Shown here: one piece after another, positions 8,996 through 18,854 of the stretch | Numbering within the stretch: the stretch's first letter is position 1 | Layout: the number at the start of each line of letters is the position of its first letter | IMG/VR virus record: IMGVR_UViG_3300047445_000186 | Coordinates: 62,001-126,000 of that record | Reading direction: 5' to 3' (one strand) | DNA length: 64,000 nucleotides | Notes under the pieces: generated by a model | Told to the model about the DNA's origin: nothing | Databases searched by the model: none | The model's input: only the letters and a program-made list of their open reading frames with translations | Made by a program: the position numbers and the translations under genes

Positions 8996-9252
8996 TGCAC
9001 TACCACGTTGATTCACCGAACTGGGAGTACTACGTCGAGGAAGCGAAGCTTCGTGGTCTGCAAGAAGGCGCTTCGCATCTGATCGTTGCAACTTCATGGG
9101 ATGATCCAGATGATTTGACAACTGAGTTCTACTTCGCGTTTGACGATGAAGGTGATTACGACAAGGACTCCGGCGTGATCGAGAAGCGCGTGAACAACGG
9201 TGGCGGGCAAATTCGCGCTGTGATCGAACTTGGCAGCATTACACACGGGTAA
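8992..9252 (+). CDS. hypothetical protein
   Basis: GTGA overlap. Confidence 0.65.
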   Translation: MMHYHVDSPNWEYYVEEAKLRGLQEGASHLIVATSWDDPDDLTTEFYFAFDDEGDYDKDSGVIEKRVNNGGGQIRAVIELGSITHG

Positions 9253-9255
9253 ATT

Positions 9256-9453
9256 ATGTACTACCAACTTAACGAACTGAAACCAGGTGATCGAATCACC
9301 GTGTACATGCGCGGGAACCACGTAGTGTCGAACATAATCTTTGTGTCGTACAGTGGCGCCGAAAGCCTTTTGTCGGCAACTGACAGAGGCTACCAGTTCT
9401 TCATTGACACTCGGTCAATTGTGATGTTCCAGCTGAATAAGCTTCCAGACTGA
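9256..9453 (+). CDS. hypothetical protein
   Basis: Tight packing, SH3-like composition. Confidence 0.6.
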   Translation: MYYQLNELKPGDRITVYMRGNHVVSNIIFVSYSGAESLLSATDRGYQFFIDTRSIVMFQLNKLPD

Positions 9454-9698
9454 TGCAAGAACAAGTCGACCCAATGATCCGCGAGGATTACCTCTCGCAG
9501 ATCCGCGCATATGCTGTGACACTGAACAGTCACTCACCAGCTCGTGATTTGAACCAGGTGATTCACCGACTCGAGGATGCAGTGATGGATCTGTACGAGC
9601 ACTCGATCCTCACCGAGCATGGATCAAGTCTTCACTACGGGGTCGCTGAAGTCTTAGAATGTATTGACTACCTCAAGAATCTAAATGGCGTTCGATAA
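9453..9698 (+). CDS. hypothetical protein
   Basis: TGATG coupling. Confidence 0.65.
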   Translation: MQEQVDPMIREDYLSQIRAYAVTLNSHSPARDLNQVIHRLEDAVMDLYEHSILTEHGSSLHYGVAEVLECIDYLKNLNGVR

Positions 9699-10176
9699 AG
9701 AAAATTTCGATCTGTTCGCGTTCCTCGGACAGCTGAACAAGCGTGACATGCACGCGTACGAGAAGCTCAGTGAAGAGGGCAAGAAAGCGGCGCACCCATT
9801 CGTGATCATGCGCTGGTTGAGCGGCACGAGTGACCAAGCCCAGATCGTTCGACTGAACGCGACTGCGAATCGCTGCATGTTCGCTCTTGGCGAAGAGAAG
9901 GGATTGCTGTTCAAGCTCCTCGCAGCCGCGTGCACAGGGCCGAAGCGGAACCAGTGGATCAAGGGACCAGGTTCATCGAAGTCTCGTCTCGCGACAGAAG
10001 CGATCACGGCCAGGTTCGGCTGCTCGACCCGCGAATCAGAGGAGCATCTCGGGTTGCTGGAGCCCACGGACGTTCTACAATTCGCAGAAGAAGCTGGTTG
10101 GGAAAAGGACCAGTTGAAGAAGCTCCAGGTTGAACTGGGTATCGAAACCGTAAAAGTGAAACCAAAGAAGAAGTAA
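9685..10176 (+). CDS. possible clamp loader small subunit (gp62-like)
   Basis: HPFVIMRWLS segment, size and proximity to the gp44-like gene; the function is inference. Confidence 0.55.
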   Translation: MAFDKENFDLFAFLGQLNKRDMHAYEKLSEEGKKAAHPFVIMRWLSGTSDQAQIVRLNATANRCMFALGEEKGLLFKLLAAACTGPKRNQWIKGPGSSKSRLATEAITARFGCSTRESEEHLGLLEPTDVLQFAEEAGWEKDQLKKLQVELGIETVKVKPKKK

Positions 10177-10913
10177 TGGACCGTGAAGCATTGCGACTAG
10201 CAGCAGCAAGCCGTAGGAACGAAGCAGGTTACCAGCCTGTCCGAGCCACGTGGCCTTGCGAATTCTGCCTGCGCGACTTCCAGACCGAGAACGGTTTCAT
10301 GAATCACCACTGCCCTGAACGAGCGAAGCTCGAGGAGATGCGTTCACCTCGTGGCCAAGCAGCTTATGCGTACTACGCAGAGTGGATGCGTCTTCAAAAG
10401 CGCTCCGTTCCTGATGCAGAACGGTTCATGAACTCGCGACAGTGGAACTACTTCTTGAAGTTCACGGATTGGTCTGAGAAGACCGCGGTTCCGAGACCGA
10501 ATCAGTTCATCAAGCTGATGGTTGAGACGGCCACGCAACCAGTGCTGTGGTGTCGTGACAACACGTACGCAATGTACCTCCAGTGGTACGACAACGTGTA
10601 CCCACCGACACAGCAGTTCATTGAGACGTACGACGCACTCGCCTCGTACGCTCGAGATCTGGAAGTGCCAATCTCTGGAGTGTACCCCGCGATCGGAGCA
10701 ATGGAGATCGCGCGACTCGTTCGTCGCCGGAAACTCTCGCCTTGGTTGCTCGTCGTCTCTCAGAACTTCCTGAACTGGGTGCGAGCTCTGCCTCCAATGG
10801 AGCGTGATGTCCTCTCTGAAGCGATCAACTTCAGCGCGTACGCCCAGAAGCTGAAGCAGAACCCTGAACTGGCGCGTGAATTCGCGTCTGCATGTGAACT
10901 TGAAAATGTCTAA
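10176..10913 (+). CDS. conserved hypothetical protein with N-terminal zinc finger
   Basis: CEFC-x12-HHC; TAATG coupling. Confidence 0.8.
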   Translation: MDREALRLAAASRRNEAGYQPVRATWPCEFCLRDFQTENGFMNHHCPERAKLEEMRSPRGQAAYAYYAEWMRLQKRSVPDAERFMNSRQWNYFLKFTDWSEKTAVPRPNQFIKLMVETATQPVLWCRDNTYAMYLQWYDNVYPPTQQFIETYDALASYARDLEVPISGVYPAIGAMEIARLVRRRKLSPWLLVVSQNFLNWVRALPPMERDVLSEAINFSAYAQKLKQNPELAREFASACELENV

Positions 10914-11106
10914 TTTCGTTGGCTACCCTGAGAGCACTCGTCGTTTCTACGCCGAGCTGATTTACGCTTCGCTCTTGAACATCGCTGCGGTCCGCCAAGG
11001 ATTGTTCGATGAGTACTTCAGCGCAGACTTGACTGGTGATACCTGGTTCCGCTTTGTCGAGGCTCAGCCAGAAATTCACCATCACATGGTGGTTGGCAGC
11101 GTGTAA
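10906..11106 (+). CDS. hypothetical protein
   Basis: ATG 10906 overlaps the upstream stop; TAATG coupling to the next gene. Confidence 0.6.
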   Translation: MSNFVGYPESTRRFYAELIYASLLNIAAVRQGLFDEYFSADLTGDTWFRFVEAQPEIHHHMVVGSV

Positions 11107-11672
11107 TGGACATTGACGTCGACGTCTCCCCAACATTCGATCGGACGATTTTCCCGTGGGTGCGGGCATCTGTCGTTCGTGATGGACAACTGACTCCACA
11201 TCCTTGCGGCACGTACCCGCAGTCGATGCCGATCGATCCTGTCACGAAGCTCGCAGCGATTCCGTACGACGTTGCCGAAGAGCTCGGGTACTTCAAGATC
11301 GACTTCCTGAATCTGAACGTGTACCAACACTTCAAGACCCGAGGCGAGATTGAGGCGCTCCTGAAAATCGAGCCTGACTGGACGCTTCTGCAATTACAAT
11401 CGAATCATCACAAGCTCTTTCAGCTTGCGAACCACGGTGAACTGCTCTTGAAGCTGAAGCCGAAGTCGGTTCTCGAGCTTGCAGACGTGATGGCACTGAT
11501 CAGACCAGGCAAGCGACAGCTCGTGCCGCTGTACATGAAGGATCGGAACATGGCGCGTCAAGTGCTATGGTCTCGGAACGACGAAGGGTATGCGTTCAAA
11601 CGCTCACACGCACTTGGGTACTCGATGGTACTCGTGCTGCAACTACATTTGATTGAACAGGGAAGACTCTGA
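11106..11672 (+). CDS. DNA polymerase III alpha (DnaE)-like fragment, catalytic palm/finger region
   Basis: MDIDVD (PDIDxD catalytic motif), PHPCG, GYFKIDFLNL, QLFQ-like KLFQL, ALIRPG, YAFKRSHALGY are all DnaE signatures. Confidence 0.85.
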   Translation: MDIDVDVSPTFDRTIFPWVRASVVRDGQLTPHPCGTYPQSMPIDPVTKLAAIPYDVAEELGYFKIDFLNLNVYQHFKTRGEIEALLKIEPDWTLLQLQSNHHKLFQLANHGELLLKLKPKSVLELADVMALIRPGKRQLVPLYMKDRNMARQVLWSRNDEGYAFKRSHALGYSMVLVLQLHLIEQGRL

Positions 11673-11869
11673 TGGCGAAAAAGAAACAAGGCGAGATCGA
11701 TTACGAGGCATTCTTGAGTGAGCTCTCTGCACTCACCCTGAAATATCGCGTGTCGATCGGTGGTTGCGGTTGCTGCGGTAGCCCGCATCTGACCGAGCTC
11801 GAGAAGAAAGTGACTGCTGGCTCGTACACGGTTTCAGACTCATACGACGACTTGACATTCCGGACGTAA
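11672..11869 (+). CDS. hypothetical protein
   Basis: IGGCGCCGSP motif; TGATG coupling. Confidence 0.75.
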   Translation: MAKKKQGEIDYEAFLSELSALTLKYRVSIGGCGCCGSPHLTELEKKVTAGSYTVSDSYDDLTFRT

Positions 11870-11879
11870 GGGGAAATTT

Positions 11880-12101
11880 ATGGATCTGTTTCTTTCGTGG
11901 ACTGGGTTCGTCATCTCGGTCATCGCTGTTGCTGCTTTCATCTACAGCGGCTGCACATTCGCGACGATGGCTGTTTCAATCTGGCGCAATGCTGGACAGC
12001 AGAGTGATCGTTGGTATGCGGCTGGTCTCGGCGTGACGACCGCGGTCTGCGCAGTCGGCGCGACTTTCTTCCTTCACATTGCATCGGTGGTCGTACGATG
12101 A
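11880..12101 (+). CDS. two-TM membrane protein
   Basis: Two hydrophobic helices; GGGGA SD. Confidence 0.7.
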   Translation: MDLFLSWTGFVISVIAVAAFIYSGCTFATMAVSIWRNAGQQSDRWYAAGLGVTTAVCAVGATFFLHIASVVVR

Positions 12102-12268
12102 AACCGAAGAACCGCGAAAACGCGCTTGCGAACTTGCAAGCGCTCATCGAAGGGACACTCGACAAGAGCACCCTGACCCTCAAAGAAGCGAAGCACATGG
12201 AGGAGATCGTGTTCGAGACGATCGTCACAAAGCTCGCAACGGTCGATGAACCATGGGAAGTCCAATGA
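12098..12268 (+). CDS. hypothetical protein (56 aa)
   Basis: ATGA overlaps on both sides. Confidence 0.65.
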   Translation: MKPKNRENALANLQALIEGTLDKSTLTLKEAKHMEEIVFETIVTKLATVDEPWEVQ

Positions 12269-12474
12269 GCGATTACGATCGTCTTCATGATGTGCTCTGG
12301 GAAGCGCTCGACATCGAGCTCTCTGACGGGCAGATTGACAAGGTCTTGGAACTTGTGCCTAGCCAGCTCGTCGCTGAAGGTGATGAGTGGGGTTGGGACA
12401 CGGTCACGAGCGATGAGCTGTTCCGCTGGGCTAAGAAGAACTTCAATCAGCTCGTGTTCATGTTCGCTTATTAA
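12265..12474 (+). CDS. hypothetical protein
   Basis: ATGA overlap; acidic. Confidence 0.7.
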   Translation: MSDYDRLHDVLWEALDIELSDGQIDKVLELVPSQLVAEGDEWGWDTVTSDELFRWAKKNFNQLVFMFAY

Positions 12475-12544
12475 CAGTCTGTAAAACCTGAGTCTGATCT
12501 GAACAATCAGACTTACAATGATCTTCTTGTGATAGGAGATCGAA

Positions 12545-12994
12545 ATGTATAAACACCCAGACATTGTTCCAGTCGAGGACAATCAATTCGACAAGAGGGT
12601 CATCCCCCTTACATGTTTTGAGAAGCATGGGAAGGTCATGGATCACACGTCGAAGGGGAAGGTCGTAATCGGCGATCTTTGCGTGACTGGGTACTTCGAT
12701 GTGTACGAACATGGGGTCGCGATTCCCCATGAGTTCATCGAGGTCACGATGTTGGGTGGCTCAGTCGTTCCTTGTTTCCGGCGAAAGTCGCACAAGGACG
12801 ATTGGGTGATCTGCCAGAACTTCCAGTTCCACGGCGTGTACGCACCTGAGCCTGAACCCGTGCCTGCACGTAAGCGAGCAGCGAAGACGGCTGCGGCCGT
12901 CGCAACCGCGAAGAAGCTCACGAAGATCACGACAGTGAAGCGGAAGGCGCCAGTGAAGAAACACCCGCCACCGGTGATGCACGCCCATCACTGA
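12545..12994 (+). CDS. hypothetical protein
   Basis: AGGAG SD; basic C-terminal tail. Confidence 0.75.
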   Translation: MYKHPDIVPVEDNQFDKRVIPLTCFEKHGKVMDHTSKGKVVIGDLCVTGYFDVYEHGVAIPHEFIEVTMLGGSVVPCFRRKSHKDDWVICQNFQFHGVYAPEPEPVPARKRAAKTAAAVATAKKLTKITTVKRKAPVKKHPPPVMHAHH

Positions 12995-13063
12995 ACCCAG
13001 GAATGCGTGAGCGTGCGTTCTTGAACATGTGACAATAGAAGGAAACCACATGTTAAGAATTTC

Positions 13064-14146
13064 ATGCTCTACGATCCTCCAGTCCGGAATCTGCTCTGCG
13101 CGCTCACGTACGGTTCGCACCTGTACGGGACGAACACCCCAACGTCCGATCACGACTTCAAGGCCGTGTACCTCCCAGAGCTGCGTGACCTGATCCTCAC
13201 GAAGACGCCAAAGGTCCTGCGCTTTCGCTTTGACGCGAATGGAGACCCTGTGGGTGGTGACAAGCCGATGCCAGACAATGGGTACGAGGCTGAGCACGTC
13301 CCCGTGCAAAAGTTCGTGCAAGACTGGCTGAGCGGTCAAGCGTACGCGGTTGAGGCCGTATTCGCAGTCCTGCATGGCGCGCACGAGCTGCATCAGCCAG
13401 CGTCTTGTTTCACTCTCGAGACACGTCGCTGGAACGAGTTCGCGCGTCTGTGCCGGATCCTAGCGACTCGGTACGTGCACAAGAACGTGCAAGGTATGGT
13501 CGGCTTCGCCGTGAAGCAGACGTTCGATTACGTTCGGCGCGGTGAGCGGCTGAACCAAGCTCTGAAGGTCATCGAGGTCACGAAGAACCTCACGACGTTC
13601 GGCGTTCCGAATACGCGCCTGGATTCGCCTACTTCGTACTACAGCAACGACGGCGTGGTTGATGGAGAGATCAAGAAGGCGATCACGTACATCGCACTCC
13701 AGACGGGTCTCGAGCTTGGTGAAGCGATCCAGCATGATCGGAAGATCTTGACGCTGAAGCTGAACGGGCGTGAGTACCTCGAGACGACTTCGCTCGAGAA
13801 CTTCCTGACAGCGGTTCAAAAGCTGGCTGATCAGTACGGTGAACGCTCAACGAACGCGTCGAAGACCGACGTTGACTGGAAGTCGCTGATGCATGCGGTT
13901 CGCGTGTACCAACAGGTTCTCGAGCTCTTGAACACCGGAACGATCTCGTTCCCTCGCGAGAACTCTGATTACCTACTGCAGATCCGTCGTGGAGAGCTCA
14001 CGCTCGACGAGGTGAAGGACAATCTGCGGAAGCTGGATGATCTCGTGAACGCGACTCTCGCTACCACGAACCTTCCAGAGGTCACGGAGTCCTTCAAGGA
14101 CGAAGTCGAAGATGTGCTACACGCCTGGCTGAAGGCGCTGTACTGA
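13064..14146 (+). CDS. DNA polymerase beta-superfamily nucleotidyltransferase
   Basis: YGSHLYGTNTPTSDHDFKAVY is the hG[S]x9DhD motif; C-terminal KSLMHAVRV helix bundle. Confidence 0.85.
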   Translation: MLYDPPVRNLLCALTYGSHLYGTNTPTSDHDFKAVYLPELRDLILTKTPKVLRFRFDANGDPVGGDKPMPDNGYEAEHVPVQKFVQDWLSGQAYAVEAVFAVLHGAHELHQPASCFTLETRRWNEFARLCRILATRYVHKNVQGMVGFAVKQTFDYVRRGERLNQALKVIEVTKNLTTFGVPNTRLDSPTSYYSNDGVVDGEIKKAITYIALQTGLELGEAIQHDRKILTLKLNGREYLETTSLENFLTAVQKLADQYGERSTNASKTDVDWKSLMHAVRVYQQVLELLNTGTISFPRENSDYLLQIRRGELTLDEVKDNLRKLDDLVNATLATTNLPEVTESFKDEVEDVLHAWLKALY

Positions 14147-14150
14147 ACGA

Positions 14151-14176
14151 ATAAGAGCTCCCTAGGGAGCTCTTAT
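14151..14176. terminator. hairpin between convergent genes
   Basis: ATAAGAGCTCC-CTAG-GGAGCTCTTAT perfect stem. Confidence 0.75.
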
Positions 14177-14192
14177 GTTTTGCGATGGCTCT

Positions 14193-14645
14193 TTAGAGAG
14201 CTGCTGCGAAAGCGATCACCGAACTCTTCGGTTTGATCTCGACGCCTGCTGGAACGTACGGTGCGCGTCGACGACGAACTCGAGCTGGTGTGGTCAAGTC
14301 GTACTGGAATGGTTTGCCTACAAGGCGGGTCACGTACGCGATGTCGAACGTCTTGTAGATCTTCCGTGTCACACTCGTCAAGCCTAGACGAGAGAGCTCG
14401 AACGAAAGCGGGTACTCAGCGTTCGTGCCAGCCAACCAGCCTTCAGCTACTTCGATGAAGGTCTGAAGATCGATCCCTTCCTGCTGGGCATGATCTAGCA
14501 CGTACGCCGTGATGCTATCGTCGTTGATGTTATCGACGATCACGAGATAGTGCTCGCGCCGATGCTCAAGCATACTGAGCAGATGCAGATTGCCGTTGTC
14601 CGAAACCGGCTCTACGATCAGCGTGGGGATTTTGCGTTTTGACAT
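14193..14645 (-). CDS. conserved hypothetical late protein
   Basis: Minus-strand TAAATA at 14672-14677; plausible codon usage. Confidence 0.8.
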   Translation of the reverse strand: MSKRKIPTLIVEPVSDNGNLHLLSMLEHRREHYLVIVDNINDDSITAYVLDHAQQEGIDLQTFIEVAEGWLAGTNAEYPLSFELSRLGLTSVTRKIYKTFDIAYVTRLVGKPFQYDLTTPARVRRRRAPYVPAGVEIKPKSSVIAFAAAL

Positions 14646-14711
14646 TCGTTATGTTCTTATCTGGTTCAGGATATTTATTTCGACCGGCGAGCGCGTCGTT
14701 ACGAGTTCGGC

Positions 14712-14762
14712 CGCCGTTACAGATTAGTTTACACGCGTTTCCAGGTTGTTGTACAATTCACC
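14712..14762 (+). promoter_or_regulatory. early/middle promoter with CGTTACA box
   Basis: CCGCCGTTACAGATTAG-TTTACA-N18-TACAAT-TCAC. Confidence 0.7.
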
Positions 14763-14783
14763 CATCGACAAACAAACTGAGGA

Positions 14784-15170
14784 ATGAAGATGCTGACCAA
14801 AGACAAAGTTTCCACCATCCAGTCCGATCTGCAAGCTGCCCTGGCCGAAGTCGCCAAGAAGCACGGTCTCTCGATGAGCGGCACTCGCATCGTCTTCGGC
14901 TCCACGGACTTCAAGCTCACCTGCCAATTCGCCGACAAGAGCGCGACCGGCGGCGAAGAGATCGACCCCACCCTGATCGCGAACCTCCGCCGGAACGGCC
15001 CGCTGTACGGCTTCACGATGGCCGATGTGAATCGCGAATTCCAGATCCCGGGCAAGGGCACTGCGAAGTTCCTCGGCCTCCGTGGTCGCTTCGCGATCAT
15101 CCAGTTGAATGGCAAGAACTGGAAGTACGACGTGAACATGATCGCCGCGATGGTCAAGGCTGCACGATAA
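14784..15170 (+). CDS. hypothetical early protein
   Basis: GAGGA SD, strong codon bias. Confidence 0.85.
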   Translation: MKMLTKDKVSTIQSDLQAALAEVAKKHGLSMSGTRIVFGSTDFKLTCQFADKSATGGEEIDPTLIANLRRNGPLYGFTMADVNREFQIPGKGTAKFLGLRGRFAIIQLNGKNWKYDVNMIAAMVKAAR

Positions 15171-15463
15171 TGAGCGAACTGAAAGGCAGCACCCGCCGCG
15201 GGTATTTCGCCGGTGAAATTCTTCGAAGGAAAAGCAAGATGCCTGTCCCTCAGCACCAGCACGACTGCGATTGCTGCACGTTCCTCGGAAATGCCGGCAC
15301 CGCTGATCTGTACTTCTGCCCGCAAGGCGGATTCCCGACCGTGATTGCGCGGTACGGCGAAGCCGGGAACTACGCGAGCGGCCTGTTCGCCCACGACGTG
15401 AATCCCGATCTGCGTGAAGCGAAGCGTCGCGCGCAGCTCCTCGGCCTCCTCCCCAAGGACTGA
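15170..15463 (+). CDS. hypothetical protein
   Basis: TAATG coupling; HDCDCC...DLYFC...TVIARYG. Confidence 0.75.
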   Translation: MSELKGSTRRGYFAGEILRRKSKMPVPQHQHDCDCCTFLGNAGTADLYFCPQGGFPTVIARYGEAGNYASGLFAHDVNPDLREAKRRAQLLGLLPKD

Positions 15464-15468
15464 TCACC

Positions 15469-16056
15469 ATGAAGGACAATCCCCGCGCCCTGCTCACTCC
15501 GCGCCTGATGAAGCGCGTCGAGGACAAGCTCCTCGAGTGCATCGAGATCGCGAAGCAGAAATTCCCGAAGCACGAGTGGCCGATGCCGGAAGTCCGGTAC
15601 GACGTGAAGAACACGGTCGGCGGCTTCGCGTACGGGCAGCAGTGGCTGATTCGCCTGAATCTGATCCTCTGCTTCGAGAACGAGGACCACTTCGTGAACC
15701 ACACGGTGCCGCACGAGTTCGCACACTTGATGCAGCGCCGAGTGCACGGATTCACGAAGGAAGTCAAGGAGTCGAGCGGCGAGATCAAGATCAAGAAGAT
15801 CATGGCGCACGGCAAGGAGTGGAAGGAGATGATGGGACACCTCGATCAAGTCCCTCGGAAGTACCACAACTACGACACGACCTCGATTGCGAAGCGTCAT
15901 CGCTCGAGTCGAGGCGCCGTGATCACGGGAACCCAGACCGCGCTGATGCTGAAGCGCCTCGAGAACGGCGTGAAGCGCCTCCAACCGGCAGCGAAGAAGG
16001 ACTTCCTGCTCTGGCTCGAGCAGCACATCGAAGAACTGCCGGAGAACGAGCAATGA
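15469..16056 (+). CDS. SprT-like zinc metalloprotease
   Basis: TVPHEFAHL (HExxH), GGFAY, HGKEWKEMM are SprT signatures. Confidence 0.88.
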   Translation: MKDNPRALLTPRLMKRVEDKLLECIEIAKQKFPKHEWPMPEVRYDVKNTVGGFAYGQQWLIRLNLILCFENEDHFVNHTVPHEFAHLMQRRVHGFTKEVKESSGEIKIKKIMAHGKEWKEMMGHLDQVPRKYHNYDTTSIAKRHRSSRGAVITGTQTALMLKRLENGVKRLQPAAKKDFLLWLEQHIEELPENEQ

Positions 16057-16226
16057 TCACCGCATGGATTCTCGTCGGGTACCTTGCGACGATGAACAGG
16101 CAACCGACCCCTCCTTCGCCCGCGACCTTCGCAGATGAAGCATCCTGCGACATCGTGAAACGCGCTTCCATCGATGTCGCACGCGAGTCCTCGCTGCGAT
16201 GCGTCAAAGTCAATCTGGTAAAGTAA
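16053..16226 (+). CDS. small secreted/membrane protein
   Basis: MITAWILVGYL...CDIVK...LRCVKV; ATGA overlap. Confidence 0.65.
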   Translation: MITAWILVGYLATMNRQPTPPSPATFADEASCDIVKRASIDVARESSLRCVKVNLVK

Positions 16227-16228
16227 AA

Positions 16229-16888
16229 ATGGCACACATGAAAGATCTGATGATGGTCTCGTACGTCCACCCGAAGGACTTGAAGACTCGCTATCGCCAG
16301 TCCGCGTACGACGTGCTGCCTCCCTGGGCGTTCGCAGTCCAAGACGAGATACCGACGGCCGATGAGATCGTGCTCCTCCAAGCGAATCAAGCGAAGGAAA
16401 CCGAGCCAGTCGGCGAAATAGTCGTCACCAAGGATTCGAGCGGCGAGATCGTTGCCGTGACTCGTCAAGACGAGGAAGGTCGCGTCTTGAAAGTGATCGC
16501 CACGACCTCGCGAGGTGCGCAACGCCGGATGTACATCCCCGAGATCGGTGACCACGTCAAGCTCGCCGAGCCTTGGGCCTTCCGCCTGTTCGACGAGTAC
16601 CGGAACGCCTCGATGTTCGAGCACCTCGCGCTTCCCGACCCTCGCGCCAGTAAGAAGCCTCGCGATTTCGCTGAAGTCGAGCTCCCCGCCGGCACCGAGC
16701 TCGGCGTCGATCGCGTGTACATCCGTCGAGGGAATGCCGAGTTCTCGTCGATCACGTTCAACTTGATCGGGTACAAGAAACCCAAGGGCAGTGGTCTCCC
16801 CAGTCGTGTGCGGTTCTGGGCGAAACTCGAGGACGTGAACCGCATGGTCTTCTTCTCAGCGACCGAGTCGCAAAAACTGGAGTTATGA
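16229..16888 (+). CDS. hypothetical protein
   Basis: Packed ORF, typical codon usage. Confidence 0.8.
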   Translation: MAHMKDLMMVSYVHPKDLKTRYRQSAYDVLPPWAFAVQDEIPTADEIVLLQANQAKETEPVGEIVVTKDSSGEIVAVTRQDEEGRVLKVIATTSRGAQRRMYIPEIGDHVKLAEPWAFRLFDEYRNASMFEHLALPDPRASKKPRDFAEVELPAGTELGVDRVYIRRGNAEFSSITFNLIGYKKPKGSGLPSRVRFWAKLEDVNRMVFFSATESQKLEL

Positions 16889-16889
16889 A

Positions 16890-17402
16890 ATGACACAAGA
16901 ACAGCGTGGTGCAGTTCCGCCGAAATCGGGACTTGGAATTTCGACTTGGCTTTGGCTCGTGTTCGGCGCGTTGTTCGTGCTGGCCAAGATCCACAAGTAT
17001 TTTCCAACCGCGTCTGTTCGCTCGTCGCTCGTACTCGTGATCTTCGGCGCACTGATCTTCTTGATCACGATTTGCAGGAAGTGGCCGCTCTGGAAGTACA
17101 TGATGTTCATGTTGATGCCGGCGATCGGGTACGCTGCATTCGAAGGTGGCGGTCGCCCGAACGGCGAGTTCTTGAACCTGCACTGGCTCGTGTGGATCTT
17201 CATCGGAGCATTCACGTTCACATTCACCGCGATGGCGAAGTGCATTCACGAAGACGCGATCTTGAAAGCGCAGAACCCCGAGTACGTGACGACGATGGAG
17301 ATCTTCCTGCCGATCGTTGCAGTCGTCGCGATCCTGAAAATTCCCACAATAATCGCGATCATTTTCGCCGTGATCGTCGTGATCGGTCAATCTGGTGTAT
17401 AA
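16890..17402 (+). CDS. multi-pass membrane protein
   Basis: About five hydrophobic helices. Confidence 0.8.
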   Translation: MTQEQRGAVPPKSGLGISTWLWLVFGALFVLAKIHKYFPTASVRSSLVLVIFGALIFLITICRKWPLWKYMMFMLMPAIGYAAFEGGGRPNGEFLNLHWLVWIFIGAFTFTFTAMAKCIHEDAILKAQNPEYVTTMEIFLPIVAVVAILKIPTIIAIIFAVIVVIGQSGV

Positions 17403-17432
17403 TTCATCAACACAAATCCTGGAGCATCCCGA

Positions 17433-18854
17433 ATGACCATCGCCACCTTCGTCCAAGCCCTCAAAACCTGTGAATCCGCGAGCGGTGCAGGCAAGAAGGC
17501 AGTGATTCAGACCGCGCTGAAGGGTCTGAGCGCCGACGGCCGGGTCCTGATGTTCTACGCGATGAATCCGTACTTCACGTACGGCGTGAAGAAGTACGTC
17601 CGCCCGACCGAGTACGCGGATCAAGACGCCCCGCTGAGCACGATCACCGACGTGCTCGATCAACTTCGCGCTCGCGAGCTGACTGGCACCGCAGCGAAGA
17701 ACATTGTGACGATGTTGCTTGGCGCGTTCACGAAAGAAACCTCGCACTACCTCGAGCGAATCCTCGACAAGGACCTGAAGGCCGGGTTCTCGCCAGAGAC
17801 GTACAACAAGGTCTGGCCAGGCGAGCCAGTCCCGACGTTCTCGGTGATGCTCGCCGACAAGTGTGCCGATGCCGACGAGTTCGAGCAGTACGTCACGTTC
17901 CCATGCCAAGGCGATGTGAAGTACGACGGTGAACGGAACATCGCGATCGTGAAGTCCGTGCACGGCAAGGTCGAGGTCTCGAACATCTCGCGCTCTGGTC
18001 TCGAAGCGTTCCACATGAATGGCCTGTTCGATTCCGAGCTCGCAGAAATCCATGCGTATGTGAAGGAAAAGTTCGGTTGGGACGACTTCATTCTCGATGG
18101 TGAGCGGTTCGCGAACGACTGGACCGACACGATGAACGCGAAGAAGAGCGGCCTCGAAGGTGAAGACGCGAAGTCGCGAATGTTCATCCGCGCGTTCTTC
18201 ATGATGCCGCTCAAAGACTGGTTGGCGCAGAAGACCTTGATCACGATGCGCCAGAACCGCGTGAACATCGAGCAAATCCTGAGCGATCTGCCGCACATCA
18301 CGCGAATCACTCTCAGCACCGGTCGCGAAGTCAAGGACTACCAAGACATGACGGCGTTCTGCGACGAAGTCACGACTCCTGGTTATGACGGCCAAGCCAA
18401 GGGTCACGAAGGTCTGATTCTCAAGGAATGGGAAGCCACGTACTCGTGGGATCGCTCGATGGCCTGGTGCAAAGTGAAGAAGTTCTACGATGTCGACATG
18501 AAGATCGTCGGCTTCCTGCCTGGCCGTCCGAAGTCGAAGTTCGAGAAGACGCTCGGGAAGCTCACGGTCATTGGTGTGATCGAGGAAGGTTCGATGAAGG
18601 GCACTTTCATCAAGTGCAACGTCGGCTCTGGTATCAAGACCTTGAAGCCGAAGGACGATGACAGCGTTCCGACTCGTGACGAAATCTGGAACAGCCAAGC
18701 GAAGTTCCTTGGTGGCACTGTCGTGGTGAAGTACCAAGAGATCACGCTCGCCAAGGGCAAGACGGTTCACAGCCTCCGGTTCGGCACGGTCTCTCGCTTC
18801 CGCGATGACAAGATCATCGAAGTCGAAGATATCACCGAAGGTGCAGACGCGTAA
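17433..18854 (+). CDS. lig: ATP-dependent DNA ligase
   Basis: DVKYDGER motif I, ILDGE, EGLILK, WCKVKK, C-terminal OB (VKYQE...SLRF). Confidence 0.95.
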   Translation: MTIATFVQALKTCESASGAGKKAVIQTALKGLSADGRVLMFYAMNPYFTYGVKKYVRPTEYADQDAPLSTITDVLDQLRARELTGTAAKNIVTMLLGAFTKETSHYLERILDKDLKAGFSPETYNKVWPGEPVPTFSVMLADKCADADEFEQYVTFPCQGDVKYDGERNIAIVKSVHGKVEVSNISRSGLEAFHMNGLFDSELAEIHAYVKEKFGWDDFILDGERFANDWTDTMNAKKSGLEGEDAKSRMFIRAFFMMPLKDWLAQKTLITMRQNRVNIEQILSDLPHITRITLSTGREVKDYQDMTAFCDEVTTPGYDGQAKGHEGLILKEWEATYSWDRSMAWCKVKKFYDVDMKIVGFLPGRPKSKFEKTLGKLTVIGVIEEGSMKGTFIKCNVGSGIKTLKPKDDDSVPTRDEIWNSQAKFLGGTVVVKYQEITLAKGKTVHSLRFGTVSRFRDDKIIEVEDITEGADA

